A stretch of 64,000 nt of DNA, taken from the NCBI GenBank assembly GCA_951406725.2, contig OX597828.1, forward strand, positions 62,558,001 through 62,622,000. The letters run 5' to 3'. The DNA comes from Octopus vulgaris. Lineage: Eukaryota. Under the pieces are notes generated by a model, which was given only the letters and a program-made list of their open reading frames with translations, searched no databases and was not told the origin of the DNA. Below are positions 38,334 through 51,187 of this stretch, piece by piece. The translations under genes and the position numbers were made by a program. Every line of letters begins with the position of its first letter. The stretch's first letter is position 1.

Positions 38334-38681
38334 GCGGTGGCAGTGGCGGTGGCGGCGGCGGCAATGGTATGCTGTGGTTGTGACAATATATTTACCTTAC
38401 TTGTGTGATGTTTATTTTCTTTAATAAACACATGTATATATAGATTACTGTGAGTGTGTTACATATGTGTGTGTGTGTGTGTGTATATATCTCATACACA
38501 TGTGTGTGTGTACATATGCATTCATACTTACATACCTATATGAAATACATTTATATATGCATGCACACACATGTATGTGTATATGTATGTATATGTATAT
38601 ATATATATATAAATAAATGTATATATGTCTGTGTAAATGTATATATATATATATCTATATGTATATATGTCTGTATATGTA

Positions 38682-38718
<37 letters not shown>

Positions 38719-39057
38719 GTATATGTATAGATGTCCTGTGTATGTATATAAGTGTAATAAATACAGGAAACTTTCCCTTTACCACAACAAAAGAGAAAAA
38801 AAACTTGCCCCAGTCTGAATAATCTCCATCCCATCTGACACCCGACCTCCCCTCCCCCTCCCCGTATATAATTACCAACTTCTGCAGGGGTTCCTCAAGC
38901 CCCTGTCCCCACCCGCCTTGTATTCTTGAATAATCTAATTAACCTATCTCTTTGAATCTGGAACCTTCCAAGAGCTATGTAATATGTTTCCTAAACACAC
39001 TAACTTAAGTAATCCCTATACATGGAAAAAGGACAAAAAAGGGGACATACACACACA

Positions 39058-39107
<50 letters not shown>

Positions 39108-39204
39108 CTATCTCTCTCCACAGCCCAATTACATACCAGCTCCTCTCATATCTTTGCTTACAATTTAGTGTGAAGGCATTTTCAAAAATATTATTTTCAT
39201 GGCA

Positions 39205-39630
39205 TCGGAGCTGGCAGACTCGTTAGTGCATTGGACAAAATGCTTAGTGGCATCTCTTCTGGTTCCTTATGTTATGAGTTCAAATTCCACCGGAGTCAGC
39301 TTTTGCTTTTCATCTTTTCAATATCAATAACATAAAATACCTATTTCATTATTACCCACAAGGGGCTAAACATAGAGGGGACAAACAAAGGGATTAAGTC
39401 AATTACATCGACCCCAGTGCGTAAGTGGTACTTATTTAATCGACCCCGAAAGGATGAAAGGTAAAGTCGACCTTGGCGGAATTTGAACTCAGAACGTAGC
39501 GGCAGATGAAATACCGCAAAGCATTTCGCCCGGCATGCTAACGTTTCTGCCAGCTCGCCACCCTAACATAAAATACCAGCCACGTATTGGGGTCAATGTA
39601 ATCAACTTAAAATTGCCAGCATTTTGCAAA
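39205..39630 (+). mobile_element. Family A SINE interrupted by an antisense family A SINE
   Basis: Head at 39205-39341; the body resumes after 39564. Confidence 0.75.
39342..39563 (-). mobile_element. Young family A SINE (variant tail) with perfect 14-bp TSD
   Basis: TAACATAAAATACC at 39328-39341 and 39564-39577; CpG-rich intact A/B boxes; 3' tail differs from the (ATT)n-tailed copies. Confidence 0.9.
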
Positions 39631-39820
39631 AAAATTTTTAATAATTATTATTTAACATCCCTTTTTCTATGCTGGAATGTATTGGATGGTTTGACAAGAA
39701 CAGGCAAACCAGAGGGCTCCACCAAGTTCCAAGTCTGCTTTGGCAGTGTTTCTACAGCTGGATGCCCTTCCTAACACCGACCACTTAGTATACTGGGGGA
39801 TTATTATTATTATTATTATC

Positions 39821-40051
39821 AGTGAGCTGGCAGAACTGTTAGCACGCTGGACAAAATGCTTAGCAGTATTTCGCCCATCTCTATGTTCTGAGTTCAAATT
39901 CCGCCAAGGTTGACTTTGCCTTTCATCCTTTTGGGGTCGATATGTTAAGTAGCAATTGCGTACTGGGGTCGATCTAATTGACTTGCCCCCTCTCCAAAAA
40001 CTTTCAGGCGTTGTGCCTATAGTAGAAAGGATTATTATTATTATTATTATT
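39821..40051 (+). mobile_element. Family A SINE with (ATT)n on both sides
   Basis: Full head/body; ends AGTAGAAAGG(ATT)n. Confidence 0.85.
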
Positions 40052-40420
40052 GCAATCCTCCCTAGTTTTGACATTCTTTTGGATTATTATCTCTGCCATG
40101 TCTTCTTCCCATATCTTAGAGACAAAAAACTTTCCTCAACATGTCCGCTGTTCCATCTAAGGCTACCAACTGTGCACTTTCAATAATATCTGGTAGTTAC
40201 AAGTTCTCATACCAGGTTTTTGTGTTCTTTGCAATGATTCCAAGTCCACTAATCACAACAGGTATCACAGTCCCTTTTGGGACTCTATAGAATATGCCCC
40301 TCTCGATATACCTTTCAGTTTTCTCATTCTCTGTCTTCACAATGTTCTGATCTGTAGGCACCACTATGTCACTGAAGATCCAGTCTTTGCTCTCTTTTTA
40401 TAAGAGTAATATCCAGTCAG
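40052..40420 (-). mobile_element. R4/Dong non-LTR retrotransposon 3' fragment no. 1
   Basis: Minus strand: DIVVPTDQNIVKTENEKTERY..VIPVVISGLGII..AQLVALDGTADMLRKVFCL* (restriction-like endonuclease C-terminus); 3' end at (TAA)n. Confidence 0.75.
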
Positions 40421-40457
40421 TTGTTGTTATTTATTAATAATTCATTAATTGTTAATT

Positions 40458-40677
40458 AAGGTGGCGAACTGGCAGAACCATTAGCACACCAGACAAAATG
40501 CTTTATCAGTATTTTGTCTATCTTTACATTCTGAGTTCAAATTCCACTGAGACCGACTTAGTATTTTATCACTTTGGAATTGATAAACTATGTACCAGTG
40601 AAACACTGAGGTCGATGTAACCCAACTAGTCACCCACCAAAAATTTCAGGCCTTGAACCTATTGTAGAAAGGATTAT
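40458..40677 (+). mobile_element. Family A SINE
   Basis: AAGGTGGCGAACTGGCAGAACC head through to GTAGAAAGGATTATT tail. Confidence 0.8.
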
Positions 40678-41254
40678 TGTTGTTGATCCAAAGTAAGGTG
40701 GCAAACTGGCAGTTGAACCCTAAGGTCAATGTAATCAACTTACCTCCTCCCCCAAAATTGCTGGCCTTGTGCCAAAATTTGAAATCACTCTTAGTGGCTG
40801 TGATGGAAGAGACTGAAACGATTGAGGACAGACATTTTCCCTTCCCCTCAAACCCTCACTGGCTTCCAAGTTCCACTTGGAAAAATGCTCAAACGGTGGC
40901 TGACTGACTTAAAACTATCAGGGTGAATGGACCTACCCTTAACCGGCATCTGTAGATTGAAGAACAATAATTGGGTGAGGTTTTGTGTCCTTGGCAATCA
41001 GGGCAGTCATGGATCTGTGTGTCTCTTTGACTTGGAGGCTCTCTTCTATCAGGAGGAGGGCCACGTCATCCATGTGTTCACATATTTTTTTAAACCTTTT
41101 TATCTCATTTCCTCTTTCATCTCCCTTTTCTCATTCAAGTAAACCACTGCACGAATTGTAAACTGGCCTTGTAATGTTCTCCTCCTCTAAAGCCCCTGTG
41201 GCAAATAAGAAAAAAATCCCTGTCATCATCATTCTCCCTTCACTCAGCATTTCT

Positions 41255-41570
41255 TTATTGTTGTTGTTCTGCCAGTGTTGGTTTTCTCCATATCAAGCTG
41301 CATCCTGCAACCTCAGACATTCAACACCTTTCCTACGGTCCTTGCTGTCCCAATCAAACTGGCTTCCTGTTGAGTCGGGAGGAAATTCCCCTCGATATTC
41401 AATATCTTCAGCCAACCATTTAAACTCCTTGCCGCTGTCCCTAAGGCTCCAATTACAACTGGGATAATGGTGACTTTACAGTAATTCCATATTCCCTGAA
41501 GTTTCTATTTAGAACTTTATATTTCTCTCTTTTTCACGTTTTTTTGTCTCCCACTCTAGTATCAATTATC
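41255..41570 (-). mobile_element. R4/Dong 3' fragment no. 2
   Basis: Minus strand: GIWNYCKVTIIPVVIGALGTAARSLNGWLKILNI..QEASLIGTARTVGKVLNV* (stop at 41313-41315); (ATT)n on the 5' flank. Not in the ORF track. Confidence 0.8.
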
Positions 41571-41589
41571 TTTATTATTATCATTATTA

Positions 41590-41631
<42 letters not shown>

Positions 41632-41807
41632 TGCATCAAGCTGGTAGAATCATTAGTGCTTTGCCATATATGGTCCATCTCTTTATGTTCTCAGTTCAAA
41701 TCCCATTGACTTCTTCCTTTCAAGGTTAATAAAATAAAGTCCCAGCCAAATTGTAGAATTGATGATATCGGCTAACATCCTCTTCTCAGAATTATGGCTT
41801 GTATATA

Positions 41808-42210
41808 GGCACAGGCATGGCTGTGTAGTAAGAAGCTTGCTTCCCAACCACATGGTTCTGGGTTCAGTATCACTGTGTGACTCCTTCGACTATTACTTTG
41901 GGGTGACCAAAGCAATGTGGATGGATTTGTTAGATGGAAACTGAATAGAAGACTATCATGTGTGTGTGTGTGTGTATAAATTCATGCATGTGTCTGTATA
42001 TGTCCCCCACCATCACTTGGCAACTTGTGTAGGTGTGTTTACATCCCTGTGACTTAGTGGTTCAGCAAAAGAGACCAATCAAATAAGTCCTAGGTTCTTA
42101 ATAAAAGAGCAAAATGAGTGCTGGTGCTGATTCATTCAACTATAAATTCTTCAACGCACTGCCCCAGCATGGCCACAGTGTAATGACTGAGATGAGTAAA
42201 AGTAACAAGT
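41808..42210 (+). mobile_element. tRNA-derived SINE, family B (full length)
   Basis: GGCATGGCTGTGTAGTAAGAAGCTTGCTTCCCAACC head, GGTTCAG B-box, tail CCAGCATGGCCACAG..TGACTGAGA..GTAAAAG. Confidence 0.85.
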
Positions 42211-42409
42211 AAAATCAGTAACCATTTTATTATTATTATTATTATTTGTAATTTTTTTGTACATGGTGTTTGGGGCTGGAGATGGTCTGGTGTTGATGGA
42301 TCATAATGTATCAAGCATATTTACATGTGCTGTGCGGGAGGTGGAGATGATATCCAGTTAAAATACATCATTTCATTTATTATTATTATTATCATTATTA
42401 TTATTATTC

Positions 42410-43262
42410 CTTCGTAACACAGTGTTGGTAAAAATGCACTGGAGTCTTTAGTCATCTGTCAAGTCACAACACGGACATCAGACAGGTACTACTTTCCTTA
42501 AGATGTGCACTGTGCCCAATAAGGCTGCTTTATGCAAGACATCAATCTTGCATGGGATTTCCAGTTTTCTTAAAAAGTCTTGAAGTTTCAATGGGATTGA
42601 GCCCAACGCTCCAATCACCACTAGTATCGCTTTTACATTACCCTCTCGCATTCCATACAGTCTTGCCATTTCCACTTTCAATTTGGAGTACTTGGTGATA
42701 TTTTCAACCTCTTTACTCACAACATTCATGTCATTTGGTATGGCTAAATCAATGATCTGACAGTATTTGTCTCTCTTATTCAATATGACAATATCCGGCC
42801 GACGGTGTTCAATTACACGATCCGTCTGAAAATCATAGTCCCAGAGTATCGTTACTTTTCCATCCTCCTGCATAACTTTTCTTCGTGCATGCTCATACCA
42901 GTTTTCTGTTACTTCATATTGGTATTTACGGTATAAGATCCAATGAAAATAACACACACTTTATCGTGGCGGCACTTGTATTCCTTTTGTGCAAGGCTCT
43001 CACATCCAATTACCAACTGTGTCACATTTTCCACACTCTTTCCACAGAGTCTGCATTTCTGAGTGTCAGAGGTTTTGTAAATGTTATACTTCACTGAATT
43101 GGTAGCGAGTGCTTGGTCTTGTGCAGCAATAATCAGGCTTTCGGTGGTGCGCTTCAAATCACTTCACTCAAGCCATGCCCACGATGCTGTATTGTCCTTA
43201 ACGACCTGTGTATTTCTTTCAAATTGTTCATGCATTCCCATTTCAAGAAAATCTTTTTTTCT
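42410..43262 (-). mobile_element. R4/Dong 3' fragment no. 3 (CCHC-type finger + restriction-like endonuclease)
   Basis: ORFs 42909-43157 (AAQDQALAT..CRLC..C..RHDKV) and 42478-42957 (ILWD..TDRVIEHRRPDIV..DLAIP..KY..VVIGALG..AALLGTVHILRKV), joined by a frameshift; (ATT)n on both flanks. Confidence 0.92.
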
Positions 43263-43437
43263 CATTATTATTATTATCATCATTATTATCATTAGAAGTC
43301 GACTTTGCCTTTCATCCTTTCTGGGTCAGCCAATTAAGTACCATTTGAGTGCTTGGGTCAATGTGATCGACTGTGCCCCTCCCCACAAAATCCAGGCTTT
43401 GTACCTATAGTAGAAAGGATTGTTATTATTATTATTA

Positions 43438-43660
43438 AGGCAGCAAGCTGGCAGAATCGTTAGCATGCTGGGAGGTATGCTTAGCAGTATTTCACCTGTC
43501 TTTACATTCTGGGTTCAAATTCCATCAAGGTCAACTTTACCTTTCATCCTTTTGGGGTTGATGAAATAAGTACCAGTTGTGTACTGGGGTCAATGTAATT
43601 GACTGCCTCCTCCCCAAAAATTTCAGGCCTTGTGTCTATAGTAGAAAGGATTATTCTTAT
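43438..43660 (+). mobile_element. Family A SINE (tandem with fragments at 43295-43435 and 43690-43800)
   Basis: Full head/body with (ATT)n on both sides. Confidence 0.85.
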
Positions 43661-44159
43661 TATTATTATTATCATCATCATCATCAAAGTAGAATTGTTG
43701 GGCAAAATGCTGAACGACCTTTCTTCTGGCTCTCTACGTTCTGAGTTCAAATGCTGCTGAGGTCAGTTTTGCCTTTCTTTCTTTTGGGAGTCAATAAAAA
43801 GATGTTGGATTGCTGAAAGGGTTGCAAGGAGATGCCTTCCAGTATCAATTCCATCTCTTTGTATTCTGGCAAATGTCTACGGTGACACTGGTGCCAAGTT
43901 GCAGCATTGGCCCAAATCAGCAGCTTTCCGCTTGGATAAATATCAATGGCTTGAGCATGGGCCGGGAAGATGACCAGGCATGGACAGCTCCCCAGTCCTG
44001 CTTGAAATATCTTGCTCAAGCCTGTACATACCTGTACAGGTGTATGGTCAACCATCAAGAAATGGAGCCTCCTCCTCCTCACACATCAACCAAAAGGTGG
44101 CTGCCATGAATTAAACTATCGTCATCATCTTTTAAGAAGCTTGGTCCTAAACCACATGT

Positions 44160-44618
44160 CTTCCCTGGGTTAAAAGGGTAGCTGCTGGAAGACCCTATGT
44201 CTGGCAACAGAACTCTGCACCATACCACACAAGCAGGAGAACCCAGTCGTGGCTGTCAGACAATTTCTGCGACCACACCACCCCTAACATGTGGCCACCC
44301 AACTCCCCAGACTGCAACCTCCTTGATTATTATGTGTGGGGCACAGTTGAGCAAGCCACCAACAAAACTCCTTGTAACATCAAAGATGAACTGAAGGCAA
44401 AGATTATGGCAGCATTGACCAATTTAAACAAGGAGACCATCCAGAAGAGTTGCAGGAGATTCTGAAATCATCTGGAGGTCGTGGTTATCAAATAAATTTC
44501 CTCTTTAGTATTTCAAGATATTTTTATGTAATTTTGGTAAATATATCTGTTAAAATGAGATGTCATTGTTATTTTCATTTTTGAGTAATTTAGATGACAA
44601 TTTGTTCACCGCACCCTG
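44160..44618 (+). mobile_element. DD37D (maT) transposon 3' half
   Basis: VWQQNSAPYH...WPPNSPDCNLLDYYVWG with exactly 37 residues between the second catalytic position and the third D; right TIR GACAATTTGTTCACCGCACCCTG. Confidence 0.85.
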
Positions 44619-47414
44619 TGTATATAACGGGCATGGTTCTTCGTTATTTTTTAATGTAATTCTGTAATTACAAAATCCAAACAAAAAAAAAATATAATAT
44701 AAACCTTAATTAGAAAAAGTGTTAAACATGACGCACAGACAGATTATTATAGATGCTCAGTAGTTGTAATATAAGATTCCAAGGTTATATTATACAGCCT
44801 GTAACTTGTAAGTTCTATACACTCTCTCTCAGTTGGTGGTGTAATTATGGAATAGAAATGACTAGTTAACAAGATTTCCAAAACTACAGACTTGTGGTGT
44901 GTGTGTGTGTGTATGCGTGTGGGTGTGTACATGTGTATGTTGCTGTGCATGGATAGACAGACAGACGGACGGTTGCATGTGGTCTTGGTGGGAGTGTGTG
45001 GTAAGAAGTTTGCTTCCCAAGCATATGGTTTTCAGCTGTCCTACATGTGCGGCCATCTTGGTTAAGTGCACCAACCAAGGCCATGGGAGTGGATTTGGTA
45101 GATGGAAACTGAAAGAAGCCCATTGTAACATAACTTTGTTTTATCTTTTATTTGTTTCAGTCATTAGACTGTGGCCATGCTGGAACACTGCCTTGAAGAA
45201 TTTTTAGTCAAACAAATCAACTGCATTACCGATTCCTTTTAAAGCCTGGTATCTTTTTCTATCACTACTAAGTGACAAGGATGTAAACACACCAACACCA
45301 GTTGTCAAATGGTAGTCGGACACACGGACACACACATGCACGCATTTACATATATATGTATGACAGGCTTGTTTTCAGTTTTCCTCTACTTAAAAGGCTT
45401 TGGTCTGCCCAAGGTGCCACACAATGGAACTGAATCTGTGTGTTTGTGCGGGTGTGTGTGTGTGTTACCTTGTTTTGACATCACATGGTAGCTAACACTG
45501 AATGCCAATGTCATTCATTTCCAATATTCTGCTGAAATATCCTAGATTCCAGAGGAAAATATTCCCTTGCTTGGAAACAGGTGAAGGGCATTCAGCCACA
45601 GAAAATCTGCCTCAATAAACTCATAATGCATCTAGGAGGACCCTATTTATTCGTGTCCATTTTACTTTTTTTTTTATGAGAGATTTGGTTGACATTTCTA
45701 GCAAGTCCAGTCACATCTCTTCACTCCATGACGTAGATTGAAGGCTTGTTGTTTGTTTAGTCATAGGTCTTGCATAGACTTCGTAATCAAAGGCACTCCA
45801 ACCATGGCCATCTCATCTTTTTACAGAAGTATTAACAGACTACATTGACTGTTTTTTTCTCCACGACAGAAGAGTGTTATTTGAAGGAGATTTGACTGTT
45901 GTTTCTAGTAGATTGACTGACAATTTATAGGTTTCCCTGTCAGTGGTGGTTTGTGGGGTGGGAGTGGAAGCCATGGTGGTGGTGGACAGTAAGAAATGCT
46001 ATAACAAGGGTGGTCACCCATAAAGTATCTTGCTGTAAAGAGCTATACAGGGTGGAAGGGTAGATTAAGGGTACAACATAAAGGAAGACCCCTGGTTGCA
46101 CTTTTCACAACTCCCTTGTTTGATACCCTTCTACACCTCCTCCCTTACCTGTCTACTCACCTACCCCCTCACCCTCCTACCCACGGACATACCTATGTGC
46201 TTTTCTCTCCTCTCTTTCTCCCAATGTCCTTATCTATAGTTGGCAGTTATAGAGGTGTTGGTGGTGGTGGTCATGTTAATCTGCACCACCCACTCTCTCT
46301 CTGGTGATGAAGGCGGGGGGGGGGGGAATAAAAGGGACAGTGATGAGGTGGTGGTGGTCATAGTGTCACTGGATACTGGTTGGCTGTGTGTGTGTATGTG
46401 TATAAGTGGTATAAAAGTTGTGTTCAGGGGTGAAGGACAGCTATAACCACCCCCTCACCTATTATCCCCCCCCCCTGCGGCAGCAGCTACAACAACAGCA
46501 ACAACCATCTCACACAGTTGTAAAAAAATATCTTCTTGCATTTACCTCCTTCTGTACACTGTAAAATTTGTATATACACACATGGATATGGACACACACA
46601 CACACACATATGTATATCTTCACACACACACACACACACACAGAACCATATAAAGTGTCAAACCAGGAAGCTGTTGAATACAAAGAGGTGACAGAGTACA
46701 TTTGATGTTTTGTCTATGTCTGACACACACACACACACACACACACACGTATACACACAGAAGCATACAGACAACTACACAACAAACATGTGTATATACA
46801 CACACAGTCATCTAAACAAACATGCATATGCACACACATCCTGACAGCTACACTCATAAACACATGCATCCTGACAACTACACATATATATGTATATGTT
46901 TATACACACACACAGTAGCATCTACAACTACCAAGATAACACACTGACATCCACACACACACACACACACAGTCGCCACCATATTTGAAGGGAATTATTC
47001 AACCAATATGCCCTTAACAAGGGCCAATTAAAGCATTATACCTTACAGGGGTACCTTCAGCCAATCTGCCTTACAGGGCTCTAGTGTATCTTTCATCTTT
47101 CTTTTCCTTGCTTCAGTCATTAGACTGTGGCCATGCTGGGGCACCTGCCTTGAAGAATTTTAGTCAAACAAATCAATCCCCGTACTTTTTTCTTAAACTT
47201 GGTACTTATTCTATTGGTCTGTTTTGCTGAACTGCTAAGTTAGAGGGACATAAACACGCCAACACTGGTTGCCAAGTGGAAGTGGAGGACAAATATTAAC
47301 ACACACACACACACAACAGGGGGAAAACAGCAATTAGACATACACAGTGAATGTATTAGATTAATGCTCAGTGAAAGTTTTAGGTGAGAAAATAGGAGTG
47401 GAAAAGATGTTTTG

Positions 47415-47455
47415 AGCATTGGCTCTTCGTCAGAAAGAAAGAAAAGTCCAGAGAA
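47415..47455 (-). ncRNA. Degenerate hammerhead motif (Penelope-like end)
   Basis: Minus strand CTGACGA-A-GAGC-CAAT-GCTC-AAAA (GAAA lost, consistent with CpG decay); stems I and III not recoverable. Confidence 0.3.
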
Positions 47456-49269
47456 AAGAGAAAGGAGCATACTTATGTTTCATCATTGTGGTTGCTTTGG
47501 AACTCTGCACTGGATATTCCAAGTGCAACAATGGAGCATCTCTGTAATGCAATGAAATATTAGCTTGATGTTTCATTGGGATTAAGCATCCAAATTACTC
47601 TTGCAACATCCAATATAGAGTTCCAGACAACCACAATGGTGAAACTTGTGTTGGAAGAAATGGTTTAAGCTTGTGTTTCATCATAATTTCTCCTACATTT
47701 CCCTCTTATGTCAGAACTAGTAATACTACTAATTATAGTGGTAACCAAATCACCCTGGTGGAAGCAGACTGGATGCTGATAATGTACATAGTAAAGCTCT
47801 TAACTTGACCGTAGAAGTCATTCATCTAACTGCCCCTGCCTGTGACTCTATCTTTCTGCAGCCAGATCTTCCCACATCTAGGTGCTGTGATTGAATGTGT
47901 TAAATATACGGCTTTACGTAAATATATTTTATTCAATGCTGCTTTGTGTAACTTTCTTTGATTCTAGCTTCACTAAGCTTGATTCACATCAACAAACATT
48001 ACCATTTGCTGTTGTAATATAAGAACAAATTCATTCTTATTGGGCTGTGACTGATGGTTTGCTGTTTGTCGCTGACGATAGGAAACAACACAGAAACGCA
48101 TGCATTCTATAATCCTATGACACTGATGTGCATTTTCACACGTGTCATTTGGGAAAATTTCCTCTCAGCACCACTTCCGCTGAAGAAGGTCTTCCCACAT
48201 CTGAGTGTGCTCAACTGTGTCAAATACAACTTAACACACACACACACACATTCATCTATACACCTTAAAGAGTGGGAGGAAACGTGCTGTAATAACACAT
48301 TGAAAGAAACCTCAACTTGGAATGTGTGCGTGTATGCGTGCACTTGTGTGAGTTAAATGGCCCTGTAGCCATGACATAATGTCGTGCCAACCAAACATTC
48401 CATTGAAGGAAGCTGCTTTTTTGTTTAATAATAAATTCCATCAGATTTGGTGATGGCATTTTATGTGTGTGAGTGCATGTATGCGTGTGTGTGTTTATCT
48501 TTCTCTCTCTCTCTCTCTCACTATATATATATATATATATATACTACTACTAATAATAATATAGGATGAAGTTTTTTTACAGAAAAAAATTCCATCAAAA
48601 AATGTGGCAGCATATTAAAATACCTTTAAGGTTAAAATTATAAACAACTTATAAATAAGGGCTAAAGAAAATTATTTCTATGCCAATATGCTGATAACAG
48701 ACTTTTAAATCGTCAATTTCCACATTATTTACTCGCTACAGAAAACACGTACAGCTGAAATCGAGGAAAACTAGCCAACAGAATTTTTAAAAAAAAGTTC
48801 ATTATTTCTATATTGAATCAATTTCGGAATTAATTTCATAATAGATTTTTACCTTTTATATAAGTTATATATATATGTGTGTGTGTGTGAGTATATATAT
48901 ATAGCAAGTGTGTGTCCATCCCCATCTCCCTGCAATAATTATTCACCAAAACTCAGTGGAAATGCATTTTATTTTTATTTCTTTAAAAGAAAAAGGTTCC
49001 CTCTTTGGAAAATGTTTGGTTGTAGCAAATGTAATTGGTTATATATAGAGAGATTCAACTGTAATGTGTGTGTATGAGAGAGAGAGAGAGTATTTATCAA
49101 GTATATTTATACTTTTATGTATGAAGGGGTTTCTTGTCTGAAAGCAAGACACACGATTCATGTCTCAGATATATAAATGAATACAAATAACAAATATGTT
49201 AACATAAATCTGTTAATTCCTTTGAGAGACAACTGGAAAGAGGTTATATGGACCCTAGTTCGTTTATAA

Positions 49270-49990
49270 GAGCTTGATTTTTAAAATTGCATGCTTTGGC
49301 TTCTGTACAAGGGTTCACCCTGTTATATGACAAGACTTCTCACCAACCGGTTCCACTCTCTTCTCATCTCTTTGATTGATATCTTCCTATTTCATCACTC
49401 AGTTGCAGTATGTTATTCCCCACTCTCAATCAACTCTGGTGTTCCCTCAGGCTTCGGTTCTGTTCCTCCCTTTCTCGCTTCCTTTTATACATCAATCACC
49501 TTCTTGCCGCCACTGCACTCAGTAATGCCTGTTCTTATGCAGACAACACGATCCTTCACTCTTTCCCAAACTTTCCCGAACCATACAACACCATACAATA
49601 TCTACACACAACCTAGACACCACATACCAACCCTTCCGTGATTCCATAAATGGAAACTTTGGGACCATCCTCCAGGGAAGCCATGCCAAACCTTTCTCTT
49701 TTGGCAGTAAAAAAACATCTCAAGTTGCACTCATATGAAGAAAATACCCCCACCACCACACCTTCCAGAAAACATGAGTGGCATTCAGCTTGAGCCATGA
49801 CAGTTACTCCCAAATGCTGCGTCTTACTATCATTGCAGATCTCTTCTGGTGAAACCACATCCTTAGCGTATCTAGGAGCAAATGTTGGGTCTTACTGTCA
49901 CTGAGGATCTCTTCTGGTGAAACCACATCCTTAGCGTATCTAGGATCACATCTCAAAGATTAGCGAGAAAATATTCCAGCCCCTAATAGC
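49270..49990 (+). mobile_element. CR1/Jockey-group LINE RT remnant
   Basis: SINSGVPSG.., FLLYINHLL..SYADNTILH, LGLTVTEDLFW*NHILSV; a local ~40-bp duplication at ~49838-49877 / 49906-49945. Confidence 0.7.
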
Positions 49991-50238
49991 TGCTGGGACA
50001 CTATTGCTGCTGCTGTTGTTGTTGCAAGCATTTACACCTTTGATTGCATTTTTGGATAGAACCACCTTGTTTGGCATTGAAACCCTTTATTTAATATAAA
50101 TCAATGTCTTTAGGGTAAACAGATTTTGTTTAATAAATAAACATGTTTTGTGTAGAAGTTTATTACTAAGGGTTACAAAAATGTTTTTAGAGGAGAAACA
50201 ACTTTTCTCAGTTGACTTTGGTTCCAGGTCATATTTAA

Positions 50239-50445
50239 CCCTTTTGTTACCAACCCGGGTGAAACCGCCTCTGGCTCTATGTACAAATGTCTTATTTTCA
50301 TAAGGTTTCAATTAAAATCTTCCACCAAACCTTAGTCACAATTTATGTTCCTAACACTAGCTTAATGATAACTAAGTTATTTTACTAAATTCTTTGTTGT
50401 ATTTAAAATTGATTGAAAGAAACACAAAATAGAGTAACAAAAGGG
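50239..50445. mobile_element. piggyBac-like MITE with TTAA TSD; right end tandemly duplicated to ~50560
   Basis: TTAA-CCCTTTTGTTAC ... GTAACAAAAGGG-TTAA; a second end GTAACGAAAGGG-TTAA at ~50519-50534 with duplicated flank. Confidence 0.85.
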
Positions 50446-50729
50446 TTAACATTTGTACACAACAATTCAAGATTTAAAATTAATTGAAAGAAACACAGAG
50501 CGTATCAACAAAAATATGGTAACGAAAGGGTTAACATCTGTACACAACAATTCAAGATTGACCTGCTAGAAATAAATGCTAAATGTCGCTCAACTCGCAT
50601 TTAAAAAAAATGTTGTGATGGTCACAGCTGGAATGTCTTTCATCATAGAACTACCCAATCAAGGCTGGTGTAGGGTTAAACAACAATTCAAGAATTAAAA
50701 AAAAACATCAGATGCAGGTGGGGGACACG

Positions 50730-50751
<22 letters not shown>

Positions 50752-50761
<10 letters not shown>

Positions 50762-51040
50762 CATGGCTATGTGGTTAAGAAGTTTGCTTTGCAAGCACAT
50801 GATTGCAGGTTCAGTCCCACTGCATGGCACCTTAAGATGGAGTCTGTCGCATGTGTGTCTGTGTGTGTGTTCCCTCCCCTGCCCACTGCTTCACAACCAG
50901 TGCTGGTTTGTTTACATTCCTGCAACTTAGTAGTTTGGCAAATGATGCCAATAGAATAAGAGTCAGGTTGACCAAAACCCTTCAAGGTAATGCCCCAGCA
51001 TGGCCACAAGCCAATAACTGAAACAAGTAAAAGATAAAGC
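50752..51040 (+). mobile_element. tRNA-derived SINE, family B
   Basis: Head TGGCTATGTGGTTAAG..GGTTCAGTCCC; tail ACTGAAACAAGTAAAAGA. Confidence 0.8.
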
Positions 51041-51103
51041 ATATCAATAGGAATTGAAACCTATTTTGGGAATGGTGGGGTGCTGCTGTAAGGTTTGGGC
51101 TGA

Positions 51104-51187
51104 TGACGTCACTCGTTATTGCTAACCATTTTAACCTTGATATAAAAACAGAACACTTGTTTGTCCACCAAGCAGACTGAGGTAAGC
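51104..51187 (+). promoter_or_regulatory. Candidate CRE + TATA + 5' splice donor module
   Basis: Palindromic TGACGTCA at 51104-51111, TATAAAA at 51141-51147, GAG|GTAAGC donor at 51182; motif co-occurrence only. Confidence 0.25.

Noticed and set aside
38039-38431. Poly-Ser/Thr/Ala or hydrophobic membrane-like ORFs
   Set aside because: (GGT)/(GCT)/(GGC) trinucleotide tracts without splice signals or homology.
48072-48100. CTGACGA-TAG-GAAA hammerhead-like core
   Set aside because: No stem II, no stem I/III pairing and no NUH in register.
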